Origin: Lama guanicoe
Lineage: Eukaryota
Length of the DNA: 64,000 nt
Assembly (NCBI GenBank): GCA_013239625.1
Contig: MU053881.1
Span: 15,678,373 to 15,742,372 of the forward strand
Direction of reading: 5' to 3'
This document shows, one piece after another, positions 25,652-38,271 of this stretch (within the stretch, counting starts at the first letter, position 1; every line of letters starts with the position of its first letter). A program made the position numbers and the translations under genes. The notes under the pieces are model-generated. The model saw nothing but the letters and a program-made list of their open reading frames with translations. It was not told the origin of the DNA and did not search any database.

Positions 25652-26604
25652 CTGTGGGCAACAGGGATGGGGTCAGTCATGAGCTCCAGGGACAGGAAAG
25701 GGGCTGAGACCCAGGGCCCGAGATGAGGCTCCCAGCTCCACCTGCACCCCTCTTGAGTGGCTCCCTCCCTGGCAGAGGTCTGATCTCACCGTTTTATGGT
25801 TGACAAGCCCTCCCTGTGAGCAGCAGTTACTCAATGAACCCTGCAAACACCCTGGCCAACCCCTCAGTGCCTGGATCCTTCCTGGCTAGTCCCTGGACAC
25901 AGACACCCCCAGGGCCTGTGGGAGGGGGCAACCAACAAGGACTTCCTGGAAGAGGGAGTTTTGGAGGTTGAGCCCCTAAAGCAGCAGTACCTGGAATGCT
26001 CTGCTGCTTCAGCAGCATCCATCTGTTCGATTACTCAAGGGGCATTTATCAGGTGTTTATCAAACCCTCCTGGGCACCATAGCCTAGGGACATGGCAGTG
26101 ACTAGAACAAAAATTCCTGCCCTTAAGGGTGATGGGGAGCCAGAGTGGGTGTGGGAAGGACAGAGTTGCAAGTGGGAGAAGCAGGATGGGGCAGCCTGGA
26201 TGGAGATAGGGCAGCTGCTCTCCAGGCCTTGTCAAGGGGGACAAGGCCACCACTCCTGGGCCAGGGAACTCATCAACTGATGGGAGGACAGAGCTGGGTC
26301 TTGGGCACAGGAAACCCTCCAGATGTTTGGCATCTTATGCTCATAAACACTACCCAGACCAGGATATAGCACCAGGGGGCATTTGCAGAATGAATGAAAC
26401 CCCCAGCTTTGGGCAAGTAGCATCTCTTGCTCATAACTGGGGACGGTGGCATCAGGGATCCTGAGCGGAGCCTCAGGAAGGGAAAGCCACCATGGCTGTG
26501 GAAAGCAAGAGGGAGACAGGAGCAGCAGAAGGACAATAGCAAAGAGAAGATGAGGGGAACGTGGGCAGAAGCCGTGGGGCGCGAGGACAGGGGTAGAGTG
26601 GGAC

Positions 26605-26792
26605 TGGCAAGCGACGGCAACCGCCTGCTTTTGTAAATATACACAGTTTTCCTAGAACACCCATTCGGGTACTTACTGAGCTGCTTTTGTGCTACAACAA
26701 CTAGCTGAGTAGCTGGGACAGAGACCCTCTGGCCTGCAAAGCTGAAAATGTTTACCCCCTGGCCCTTTAAGACAGGCTTTGCTGACACTAGA
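26605..26792. mobile_element. MER58A-like hAT element
   Basis: tggcctgcaaagctgaaaatgtttac..tggccctttaagacaggctttgctgac. Confidence 0.65.
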
Positions 26793-27304
26793 ATGGATGG
26801 TTGGTTTATTAGAATTAGTGGGAGCAGGAGACCCCCGAGTGGCCAAGACTGTGGCCTTTGGAAAGAGGCCAAATGCCCCGGCAGGATAGGGCCTCAGAAC
26901 ACCCCCAGCCTCCAGGTGCCAGCCTTGTCCGTGGGCTCTGGGGGACCCCCCTCTATCTCCCTGCCACTGTGCTGGGAACCCCTGACCCACCAAAGAACAT
27001 AGGAGCCCGTCAGGCTTCTCCCTTGGAATCTGCCCAGGAAAGATGAGAGGTGGCGGCTTGGGGAGGGGGATAGAGGTGGCGCTGAGCTAGAAGACAATCA
27101 AGAAACCAGGAGTGGAGGACAGGCCACGCGAGGAGAGAAGTTGGAGATGTCTGTCAAATCTGGAGGGCAGAGCCTCTCCAAGCAACTAGAATAGGGCCCA
27201 GCCCTGGGCAAGCGCTCAGTGAACACAAGCTAAAGTTATGATTAGTCATGGCTGTCACTGCTTTCTCGCCATCCCTTCCTTGGTAAGTTTGAATATGCGC
27301 TGAC

Positions 27305-27441
27305 GCAGGGACTGCCGAGTACTGGAACGTGTTGACTGTGAGCTAAGACAAGCTGGGAGTGCAAAGCACTACATCCCAAGATGTAGTGTGGAAAAGAGAA
27401 AAGGGGACTATCTAGTAATTTTTCATGTTGGTTACATGCTG
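27305..27441. mobile_element. MER33-like hAT DNA transposon, left piece
   Basis: Resembles the MER33 consensus (..taatttttcatgttggttacatg); continues at 38272. Confidence 0.55.
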
Positions 27442-27445
27442 CTGG

Positions 27446-29100
27446 GTTTCTACCAAACATTTAAAAAACTAATACCAAGCCTTCTCAAAATTTTCCAAAA
27501 AACTAAAGAACAGGAAATACTTCCCAACTCATTCTATGAGGCCAACATTGCCGATACCAAGGTCAGACAAAGACACTATGACAAAAGAAAACTAGTGACC
27601 AATAACTTTTATGAATATTGATGCAAAAATTCTCCACAAAATACTAGCAAACCAAATTCAGCAGATCATAAGGATCATACACCATGACCAAGTGGGATTT
27701 ATTTCTGGGATGCAGGGATGGTTCAACATACAAAAATCAATCGATGTAACATACCATATTAACAGAATGAAGGAAAAAAAACACATGATCATCTCAATTG
27801 ATGCAGAAAAGGCATTTGACAAAATTCAACACTCTTACATCATAAACATACTCAACAAAGTAGGAATAGAAGGAAAATATCTCAACATAATAAAAACCAT
27901 ATATGGAAAAACCCACAGATCATACCATAATTAATGGAGGAAGACTGAAAGCTTTTCCTCTAAGATCAGGAACAAGGCCAAGATACCTGTTTTAGCTACT
28001 TCTGATCAACAAAGTACTGGAAATTCTAGCCAGAGCAATTAGGCTAGAAAAAGAAACAAAAGGCATCTACATTAGAAAGGAATAAGTAAAGTTCTCTCTG
28101 TTCACAAATGATACAATGTTATGTGCAGAAAATGCTAACGATTCCACACACACAAAAAACCTATTAGAACTAATAGATGAATTTGGTGAAATATTTGTAT
28201 ACAGAAACTACAAAACACTGCTGAAAGAAACTAAAGAGGACATAAATTAATGGAAAGCTATCCCATATTCATGGATTGGAAGACCTAATATTGTTAAGAT
28301 GCCAATACTACCCAAAGTGTTTCTACAGATTCAATGCAATTTCTATCAAAATTCTCAATGAATTTTTTTCTGCAGGTGTAGAATAATACATTCTAAAACT
28401 CATATGGAATCTCATAGGATCCCAAATGGCCAAGGCAATCTTGAAAAAGAACAACAAAGGTGGAGGACCCACATATCCTGATTACTACAAAACTACAGTA
28501 ATCAAGGCAATATGGTACTGGTATCAAGACAGACATATAGATCAATGGAACATAATAGAGAGCCCAGAAATAAACCGTCACGTATATGGTCAAATGATTT
28601 TTGACAAGGGTGCCAAGAACATTTAATGGGGGAAAGGGCAGTCTTTCAGCAAATGGTCCTGGGAAACTGGATATCCACATGCAAAAGAATGAAGTTCAAT
28701 GCTTATTTAGCACCATACCCAAAAATTAACTCAAAATTGATCAAAGAGCAAAATATAAGAGTTAAACCTACAAAATTCTTAGAAGAAAACATAAGGCAAA
28801 AGCTTCATGACACTGGATTTGGCAATGACACCAAAAAGCACCAGCAACAAAAAACAGACAAACTGGATTTTATGAAAAACTAAACTTTTGTGCATCAAAA
28901 GACACTAACAACAGAGTAAAAAAGGCAACCCACAGAATGGGAAAAATATTTGGAAATTGTATATCTGATAAGATATAGAGAGACAATACACAGAGAACTC
29001 TCAGAACCTAACCACAAAAAGACAAATAACCTGACTCAAAAATGGGCAAAGGACAGTCCCACAAAGATACACAAATATCTAAGAAGCACATGGAAAAGTG
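27446..29100 (+). mobile_element. L1 ORF2 fragment (RT region onward), truncated at both ends
   Basis: [58 protein letters not shown]. Confidence 0.92.
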
Positions 29101-29107
29101 ATCAATA

Positions 29108-29179
29108 TGCCCACACTGTACAGCCATGTGGCTTATGCTATACACCTGCTTGCCCCTTTCTGGGGAGTCTGGAATTTTG
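29108..29179 (+). mobile_element. MER68-like ERVL LTR, left piece
   Basis: ...ctggggagtctggaattttgg joins seamlessly to 37945 once the provirus is removed. Confidence 0.6.
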
Positions 29180-29184
29180 GTGTA

Positions 29185-30229
29185 TGCAATACTGTGATTT
29201 ATAAGAAATCTATATACAGTTGGGTCATTCACAGATGTATTTGGTCTTCATCCACAGTTCCTATCTCACAGCTCCCCAAACCCTTGGATTTCCTGATCAG
29301 TAAGAGCAATGGAAGCATCTTCTGTTATAATATTTGGTTTCCTGGCCTCAGTTCCAGAAACTACTTCAGGGCCATAAAAGTGAAATAGGTGTCTTGTTAT
29401 TCATAACAAGCCCTTTCCATCACAACTAGGTTTATGTTAATGAAGGTGACTTTGAATCCCATCCCAGGGTGGGAGCTAGTTGCCATGTGATTAGAAGGTT
29501 GGAACTTTCAGTCCTGCCCTCTTCCTCCCCAGTCTCTGGGGAGAGGAGAGGGCTGAGGTTGAATCAGTCGCCACTGGCCAATGATTCGGTCAATTATGAC
29601 TGTAATGAAGCCTCCATAAAAGCCCCAAAGGAGAGCTTTTTGGCCCTTTTTCAAAGCTTCCACATCTGGGGACCAGAACACTTCTGCGTGCCACTGTGTG
29701 GGGCCCCAAGCTCCACAAGGACATCAGATCCCTTGTTCAGGACCTCATCCTATGCATCTCTTCATCTGTTTGTTGATTTGTATTCTTTAGTGTCATTTTA
29801 TAATAATTGGTAATCTAGTGAGTAAATTGGTCTTCCTGAATTCTGTGAGCTGTGCTAGCAAATTAATCAAAGCCAAGACAGGGGTCATGGGAACCTCTGA
29901 TTTATAACCAGTCAGTCGGAAGCATAGGTAACAAATTTGACTTGCAATGGCATCCTCAGTTGCAAGGTGTCGTTCAGAACCTCCAGTTTATAGCCAGTTG
30001 GTCAGAAGCACAAGTAGAAACCTGGGCTGTGACTGGTATCTGAAGAGGAAGGTGGTCTTGTGGGACTGAGCCCTTTACCTGTGGAATGTGATTCTATCTC
30101 CAGGTAGATAGTGTCAGAATTGAACTGAATTCTTAGACACCCTGAAAGTGTCCAAGAAGCTCCTCTACCCCTCAACACACACACACACACACACACACAC
30201 AATGGAATTGGAACCAGGAACCCTTTTTG
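29185..30229 (+). repeat. 5' LTR (MER21-like)
   Basis: Starts tgcaatactgtgattt, aligns by eye to 37039-37939 along its length, followed by PBS. Confidence 0.85.
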
Positions 30230-30231
30230 GT

Positions 30232-30249
30232 TGGTGTCAGGCGTGGGAT
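30232..30249 (+). other. Primer-binding site complementary to tRNA-Leu 3' end
   Basis: tggtgtcaggcgtgggat versus expected TGGTGTCAGGAGTGGGAT, directly after the 5' LTR. Confidence 0.85.
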
Positions 30250-30299
30250 TTGTTAGAATGGTCCTGGTTTATGGAAACATGTGTTTTTTGAAGAGAAAG

Positions 30300-33200
30300 A
30301 TAAAAGGGCGGACAATGAGGAAACTGACTCATGGATGGTTACCTGGTCACCCATAGTAAGAAACTGCAGCTGTGATATGATCAGTTACTAAAGGTAAAAG
30401 TTACCAGTGGAATGTAGAAATGGTAGTAGACCCAACTTCCAATGAGTTGGTTCATTGGATATATAAGAAGTGTCAAGTAATAAGCAGCATGCTACATATA
30501 CAGTTTCCTGGCTATTGTTTCCTGTAATACCCTAAATGAAAGTTTAAAAAAGTGCTTGTTTGGGCCTTGATGCTGAACCAATTTCAGATTTGGGTCAATC
30601 TAGGCTTTGGCCATTAGCCTCAAAACTGCCCAGAAAGAGGGAAATTAGGCAGGGGCAAAAGGAAGTACCTCTAAGATTTCTGGTCACCAAGAAGGCAGTG
30701 AATATAGGGAGAGGGCAAAAGCATGAAACAACCAAAAGCAGGGGCTACAGTATGAAGAAACTGACTCATTTTGTGGATTAGTACCATCAGTTTCCTGAAG
30801 ACCCTTTACCAAAACGGACTGCAAGAGTAACCAATTTGGAGGCTGTGGCTTTGGTTTTGAATGCTGCAGGGCAAAAGAGCGTGTTTGGGTTGACGTAGGA
30901 CCTGCAGCTCCCTGCTGAACAATCAGCGACGGCTGTGTGTGATCCAGACACCCAGGAGGTTATCGTCAAAGGAACAGCCAGCCTGATGGACTGGACAAAA
31001 GCCACTGGAAAGTTTATCCTGTGGAGGAGGACTACCCGACTCCCACTATGAATGCCAGATAAAGTGGCTGAGATGCTTCCTAGGCAAGCCATGTGGGGTT
31101 GGTTTTGAGGTAACTGGGACATTCACCCACTGAACATGCCCATTACTCAGGTTATGGTAAATGCTGTGATGAAGGGAATCCCTGTTGCATGGGGCACCCC
31201 CATGTAACTTTACTGCCACAAAACTGAACAATAGTTCAAGAAGCCTCATCAGATCTGCTGTCTCAGCTTCCCCTGTGGGTCTTACTGACACCAAAAACAT
31301 TACAGAAAGAGACTCACAGACAGAGAAAACAAACTAAACTTATGGTTACCAAAGGGGAAAGGGGCCAGGGGAGGGATAAATTGGGAGTTTGGGATTAGCA
31401 GATACAAACCAATATATACAGAATAGATAGACAACGAGGTCCTACCATACAGCACAGGGAGCTATATTCAATAGCTTGTAGTAATCTATAGTGAAAAAGA
31501 GTATGAAAAAGAATATATAACTGAATCACTACGCTGTACACCAGAAACTAACACAACACTGTAAATCAACTATACTTCCAAAGAAAGAAGGAAAGAAAGA
31601 AAGGAAGGAAGGAAGGAAGGAAGGAAGGAAGGAAGCAGGGACAAAGGGGAGAGAAAGGGACTCGACACAGCAGAGTGGAACTCCTCAGACTGCTGTTGAA
31701 ACATGGCATGAATAAAGCTGACATTGACAGAGTTGAAACAGGTGTCGACTTAGAACTATTAAAAGGCCCCAAACAAGTCCACTCTATTTATTTATCTATT
31801 TATTTGGAGGAGTTTAAAAAGCTGGAAAGCAAAGGTTACAAAGAGAAACCTGACCAGGAATCCCCTGGGGTGATGATCAGGAAGATTAATCAAGATAAAG
31901 ACTGAAGTAGAGGCCAGGGTCTTCTGGCCCCACCCCCAGGCAGGGACCCAGACATATGCACATGTGTGGATAAAACAGCCAGGAGAGGAGAGGAAACTTT
32001 CCTGGAACTCCTTGATACAGGAACCCAAAGCACTGTGATTCCAACACCTGTTGGTGAAGTCTTAGCAGGACCTAAGGTTAGACTGGGAGGAACTGTAAAT
32101 GCAAATACAGTTGGGAGCAAGGTGAAATTTGGATGAAAACTGGGATGTTTATGAACAGATTTGTGTGAGGTGGTCAGATCTCCTTTACCTGAACATATTC
32201 TTGGGATGGGTACTATGTCTGGGGATTGCTACCCCTACTTCATATTGTAAAGCAGAGGCATGTAAGTCCGCCCTCCAGCTAACTGCCTAGGACAGGTGGC
32301 TAACTTGGAGCAATCTAGAACGCCTGGTAGACAAAAAGACACCCACTTTAATTCATGATATACTAGAAGCTGGAGTGCTGGTACCAAGGGGTTTGCAGTA
32401 TGATAGTCCTGTGTGGCGGAGGGTTCATGGAGACTGAACAGTAGCCTATCAAGGCTCAAATTAAGTTGTACAGCCCATGGGCTCAGCAGTTCCGGACGTG
32501 GTTTCAATGCAAGGCGGCTACAGAAAACGCAAGGCGTCTGCTACTTCCCATCTCAGAAAAGAGCCAGCAGCAGCTGGCCTTCATGTGGGATGGATCCCAA
32601 TTTACTTTTCCTGTGCTGCCGCAGGGGTATCTGAACTCACGGGCTTACTGTCACAATTTGGTCACAAGGGAAGGGACGTGACGTGGGTCTCCAGTGTCAC
32701 AATAAATTGCATTGATGGTGTTATGATGGTAGTGGAAATGGAAGAACAGGCTGGGACTGATTTGAATTCAACGGTGACGCACATGACCACAGCGCGGGGT
32801 TGGGGGGAGTTTAGTAAATCCAGCAAAGGTCCTTGGGCCTGCCCAGACAGTCAAATTCTTAGGAAGAACCTGGGCAGGAGCCACCTGGGATCTTCCACAG
32901 AGACTAAAAATAAACTGCTGTCGCTACCCAGGCCCCGATCAAACAAGCAGCCCAGCGTTTGGTTGGCTTGGATTTCGGAGCATGCGTATTCCACATCTGG
33001 GAACACTGCTAGCTCCCACCTCTAAGACTACCTGAAAGAAAGCTGTATCTGAGTGGGGACCTGAATAAGGCAGTGTCTGAATTACAAAGGGAAGCAGACC
33101 TCTCAATGCCTTTGGGCCCTTATGACTCCGACTCCGACTTGATTTTGGGAGTGTCTGCCATCATCCTAGGCAGACTGGAGTTTATGGCAAAAGACCAGGA

Positions 33201-35230
33201 GTACCTCCCAGCAGTGACCACTGGGATTTGGGGCCAGAAGATTCCAAGATGCTGCTGCCCGTACAGTATTTGAGAGACAATTATTAGCCTGCAATTGGGC
33301 ATTAACTGGAATTGCTTCAATGACTGATGGACATAAATTAATCATGAAACCTGAGATACCCACAATGCCTTGGGTGATGTCAGAGAAACCCTCTAATAAG
33401 GAAGGCAACACCCAGAAGAGTTTCAGAGTAAAACGGAAATGGTTCATACAGGAGCATGCTGCCAGGGGAAAGCAGGGAGATGCCTGCTGTATCATGATCA
33501 GGTAGCCTCTTTTCCTCTAGAACCGACTTTGGAGCCCCCTGAGGAGCTGCTGGAACAGACTGGCACGTGGACGTGCCCTGTGAACATCTCTCAACTGAAC
33601 AACAAACTGCTGCTTGCTTTACAAAGGGCAGTTTCAAGATGAATGGACAATATGCCGTTTGGAAAGCAACCACATTAAGACTGGCGGATGCAAGACTGAC
33701 TGAAGAAGGCAAGAACTGATCCGCTGAGTGGCCTGAACTGCACGCCGTTTTCCCAGCAGTGGTGGAAGAAATTGAGCAACAGTAAAAGCCCTTATGTTTG
33801 CGGTTTGACCGACTCATGGGCCACAGCCCGTGGCCTGGCCATATGGTCAGGTGGCTGGGCAATGGAAATCTGGACTATTAAAAGGGCGCCTGCAAGGGGC
33901 ACAGCCCTATGGAAATCACTCTGGGAATTTAAGAGGTGCCTTAAAGCAGGACATGTCCATGCCCATCAGAAGAACCCCTTCCAGGTTTGGAAGGTGACTG
34001 AACCACCAAGCGGATCTTTTGGTGTGCTCCCTGAGGTGGCCATGGATCAGGGTCTGTGAATGACTGGACGTTGGGGAGGGGTGCAGCAATGCAGGGCGGG
34101 TGGCTAAACCCAGATATATTCGTCTGGCAGCCTGCAAGGCACAAAAGGCCAATAAGAACCGTCAACAAGAGAGAGAAACCACAGATGGCGATGGGGGAAA
34201 CTCCCCGGGGGCAAGGCCTGGCCCAGAGCTGACAAGCGGATTACACTGGACCCATGCCAGTGGCCCCCGGGGTGGGATGAGGTGAGCACTATGAACGAGT
34301 CCTAACAGGAACAGACAGTCCGGGCTGGGTTTTCATACCTGATAGTAGATGCAAACGCTCAAGACAGTATTACGGGACTGGAACAGAAAACACCGTGACC
34401 ATTTGAGCCACTGAGTTGTAATTCTTCGGACCGAGGGACACACTTTACAGCCCATATCGTCCAACAGTGGGCCAAGAGACCACACACCAGATGTGCTGTA
34501 TTATCACCCTCAGAATGATGGTTTACTAGAAAATCGGAATGGGTGGCTGCCATGTTTGCTGTCTAAAATAGGGGGGAAGATAAAGCCATGAGAGGTGGGC
34601 TTAAACGCCTTCACAAGTGTGTGCTCATGCTTGACATCAGGGGGTTAAGGGGGGTCCCCACCGGATAGGTTCCTCCCCTTTTCTGGGGGATGTGGGGAAG
34701 TGGGGGTGGGGGAGGATGCTGACGCAACTGTCATTCTTCCCCACGTCACAGCAACTTTCTTTTTCTCTACTTGATGCAGTGGTCCCAGGACCAGGGATGC
34801 AAGTGTGGGTGCCAGAAGCAGGGATGACTCCTAAACCAGAAACGGGAACCACACCTTTAAATCTTCATGTCAGAGTTCCTAAGGGCCTGATGGAGGTGGG
34901 GCCTTCAGCCCTCAGGCAAAGCTGGGGCCACCAGTGAGTGCTGCTGTGCTGCCTGTGGTTCTGTACCCGTGTAACCCCACTCTACACGGGTGGCAGTGGA
35001 CAGAGGGGGAGGCACTCGCTAGCCTGGTTTGCTGCCAGCCGTCTGGACCAGCACAGTGGCTGAACCTCCTGTCCCCGTCCAAGGGTGGAAAAGTTTGGGT
35101 AAAGATAAATGACAAGTGGAGAGAAGGAGAAATAATAGCTGAGGGTAAAGTGATGAATAAGTGGGTTATGCAACGAGGGAAATCCAACATTTTATTAATA
35201 GCTGGAGAGAGGCTCAGAGCAAGAGAATAA
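30300..35230 (+). pseudogene. Decayed ERV-L gag-pro-pol-dUTPase (many stops and frameshifts)
   Basis: gag RGYSMKKLTHF (about 30740); protease LDTGTQSTVIP 32011-32043; RT WDGSQFTFPVLPQGYLNS (about 32586-32640) and CIDG in place of YIDD; RNaseH LTDSWATARGLAIWSG and HVHAH; IN SDRGTHF (about 34426); dUTPase-like VWVPEAGMTPK..PLNLHVRVP; C-terminal GEIIAEGK..WV. Confidence 0.85.
31301..31635 (+). mobile_element. L1 3' end with (GGAA)n tail inserted in proviral gag
   Basis: gactcacagac..atggttaccaaagggg..agcacagggagctatattca..gtaaatcaactatacttc, similar to 60240-60500. Confidence 0.85.
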
Positions 35231-35606
35231 TTCAATCTCTCAGCAGAAGCACACCAGATGCCCGGCAGGGTGAAGCTAGTTTGCTGAAGCCAGCCCTGCT
35301 TTGGGGACCTGACAAGACTGAATAGGCAGCCTGCTGATCTGAGCGGCATCACTCTAGGAGACATTCTGGTCTTAAGATATATTGATGAACAGGACCAACT
35401 GTTAATGACTAAATGGAATTCTGGTGATTCCAGCAATGTGCCTGGATCTTCTGACTCCTAGTTTTCAGGCTACATCTACTACCAAGGATATCATTTGGGG
35501 AGGAATTTCCAAGAACTGCTCCCTACTAAGACTTCAAACTATGTGGTGCGGGGCTCTGAGCTGACAGATCTATGTAATCACCGTGTAATTCTCAATCTTG
35601 ATGACC

Positions 35607-35678
35607 AGGGAGAGGTAAATTAGGAATTTGGGATAGGCAGATACAACCTACTATATAAGAAATAGATAAAAAACAAAA
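35607..35678 (+). mobile_element. Short L1 3'UTR fragment inside the env-like region
   Basis: Similar to 31371-31435 (gggataaattgggagtttgggattagcagatac). Confidence 0.6.
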
Positions 35679-36837
35679 TCCATGGTGCATTCAACAACAC
35701 TGGCCCCAAGACAGAAAAGAGCCTTAGGGGACATCAGTGCTAAATCTAGGTATCCTAGGACAAGTTGGATTCGCTCTTAATGAGCAGCAACATTCACTAG
35801 AAAAAGATTAACTGGAATAGGCAGATTAGAGGGAGGTCTCATCCAGGAAGGCAAAGGATGGGAGTCAGTCTGGAAAGAGAATGAGGTTTTAGCAAAGTGG
35901 GTCAGGCAGACTCAGCCAATAATGCTGGACGGGCTAGAACCCAGTGCTGGGAAGGGGCCTGTTCTCTGACCTAAAAAGGCCTCTCAACAAAATAGTATTT
36001 TGTATTAAAATAAATACAAACAGAGACTGAAGTGGCCCCCCAATCCTAGCTGCTGAGGCTCAGGGGCACCCACACCTATGTTACGGCCCTTCAAGCTTAA
36101 GGAAACTCTCTGGGAGGATCTGTGGTTTACAAAGATGGACCCTGACTGCTCTCACCCCCAGTAAAGCTAGAAATAAAACATATCCTGTGGTCCAGTTAAC
36201 AGGGACAGGAATATTCTAAATACCATTCATGTCTTCCCCGAGGGAGGTGGGCCCTGCTAAACAACACATGATGGAAACCAGACTCCACACAAGCCTGTGA
36301 GCTGAGACTGGGTGAGTGGCTTTGTCTTTGGTGACCTTGGAATCTGGAGCTAACTGACTCATGGCCAATTGTCACGACCCTTGTCCTTAATAATATCTGT
36401 CATATGTGCAAAGGCAGATTTTTCTGGGAAGGAAAAGTGAACATCTCTGTAGTTCTGATTTGCTCTGTAATCAAACTGAATTGTACCGTGACCATATTTC
36501 AATATGGTGTAACCCTGGAGTTGGTAAGATTCAACTACTTTAGGTAAATAAGTCTTGTGATAATGCTGACAGTGATGATCAGATGCATTGGGAGACTAAG
36601 TTAAGCCTCCTCTGGATGTAATACACATGGAAAAGGACTGGCCCAAGGAGCAACTGGATCGAGCGAATCACCAGCTGATTTCTGTGCTAAATAGCTCTGC
36701 ACAAGTTTACCGCAAGTCCAAGTAGCAAATGACGTGTTTTTTTAAATTGATCCCTACCCAACACTGGCTTCTCCAAATGTTAGGCCTACTGGTGTTGGTA
36801 CATCGGCAGGGGGCGGATAGGGATTAGGTTTGTTTAT

Positions 36838-36920
36838 TTTTCAATGGGCGCTATTGGGGATTGAACACAGGACCTCATGCATGCCAGGCATGCGCTCTAC
36901 CACTGAGCTGGACCCTCCCC
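36838..36920 (-). mobile_element. tRNA-derived SINE inserted in the proviral env-like TM region
   Basis: ggggattgaac..gctctaccactgagct. Confidence 0.85.
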
Positions 36921-37038
36921 GCAGTGTGGGTATACTATTGCTGTATCTGTTCTGTAACTGCTGTCCCATACACAGCTGCTGGGGTAGGTATGACTGTTTT
37001 GCCGTAAGGGATCTGTGTTCAAAGACCAGGGGGTGGAC

Positions 37039-37939
37039 TGTGATATTGTGATTTATAAAAAATATATACACTTGGTCATTCTCAGACGTATTTGGTCTTC
37101 ATCCACAATTCCTGGCTTACAGCTCCCCAAACCCTTGGAATTTTCTGCTCAATGAGAGCAAAGGCAACATCTTGTTACATTTGGTCTCTTGTCCTCATTT
37201 CCAGAAAACACTTCGGGGCCAAAAAGGTGAAATGGGTGTCTTGTTATGATTCATAACAACCCTTTCCATCACAACTGGATTTATGTTAATGAAGGTGACC
37301 TTGGATCCCATCCCAAGGTGGGAGCTGGTTGCCAGGAGAACCAACCACGTGATTAGAGGGTTGGAACTTTCAGTTCTGCCCCCTGATTTCCAGGGAGGGG
37401 AAGAGGAGTTTGAGGTTGAATCAGTCACCATTGGTCTATCATTTAGTCAATCATGACTGCGTAATGAAGCCTTCATAAAAGCCCCAGAGGACAGCTTTTT
37501 GGCCCCTTTTCAGAGAGTTTCCACATCAGGGAAACAGAACACTTCTGTGTGCCACCGTGCAGGGCCTCAAGTCCCACAAGGACATCAGATCTCGTTTGGG
37601 ACCTCACCCTATGTATCTCTTCATCTGTTTGTTGATTCGTATCCTTTAAGAGCCTTTTATAATACATAAGTAATCTAGTGAGTAAACAGGTTTTCCTGAG
37701 TTCTGTCATCTGCTCTGGCAAATTAACCGGACCCAAGGAGGGGGTCATGGGAACCTCTGATTTACAGCCATTTGGTCAGAAGCACCTGGACTTGTGACTG
37801 GCATCTGAAGTTGAGGGTGCTTGTGGGGTGGAGCCCTTTACCTGTGGAACACGGGTCTATCTCTAGATAGTGTCAGAATTGAAGGGAATTGTAGGACACC
37901 CAGCTAGTGTCCAAGAACTGGATCCAGGAACCCTTTTCA
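37039..37939 (+). repeat. 3' LTR (MER21-like)
   Basis: PPT agggggtggac then tgtgatattgtgattt...cccttttca, followed by TSD gcgta. Confidence 0.88.
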
Positions 37940-37944
37940 GCGTA

Positions 37945-38271
37945 CGTGTCAGGCAGAGGCTGCCTGCATGATCAGCCCCAACAGAAACCCTGGGTTCTGA
38001 GGTTCTAAGGAGTTTCCTTGGTGGACGGCACTTCACACGGGTCAGCAGAGCTCGTAGCTCAGAGAATGAAGCACATGGTGTGTAACTCCACTAGGAGAGG
38101 GCTCCAGAAGCTCGTGCCTGGTTTCCCTGGGACTCCCCCCTTGTCTTTTCCCTTCACTGATTCTACTCTGTATCCTTTTGTTGTAATAAATTTCAGCCAT
38201 GAGTCTGACTCTACACCGAGGTCTCCTAGCCAATCCTGGAACCTGGGGGTGGTCTTGGGAACCTGGACACA
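37945..38271 (+). mobile_element. MER68-like ERVL LTR, right piece
   Basis: aggcagaggctgcctgcatgatcagcccc...aataaa...gggggtggtcttgggaacctggacaca end. Confidence 0.7.

Larger units (their letters stand above)
35250..37030 (+). pseudogene. Putative decayed env-like gene of the provirus
   Basis: RQKR at 35709-35720 then hydrophobic LNLGILGQVGFALN (one frameshift); Cys-containing pieces; hydrophobic GLGLFIF and VGILLLYLF-CNCC just before the PPT. Confidence 0.5.
29185..37939 (+). mobile_element. Two-LTR decayed class III (ERV-L-like) provirus with MER21-type LTRs, antisense in MAP1S intron 5
   Basis: Two homologous LTRs, TSD gtgta/gcgta, tRNA-Leu PBS, PPT, gag/pro/pol motifs in order. Confidence 0.9.

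Noticed and set aside
30300..35230. A co-opted or intact retroviral gag/pol gene
   Set aside because: Numerous stops and frameshifts, catalytic YIDD decayed to CIDG, L1 insertion in gag
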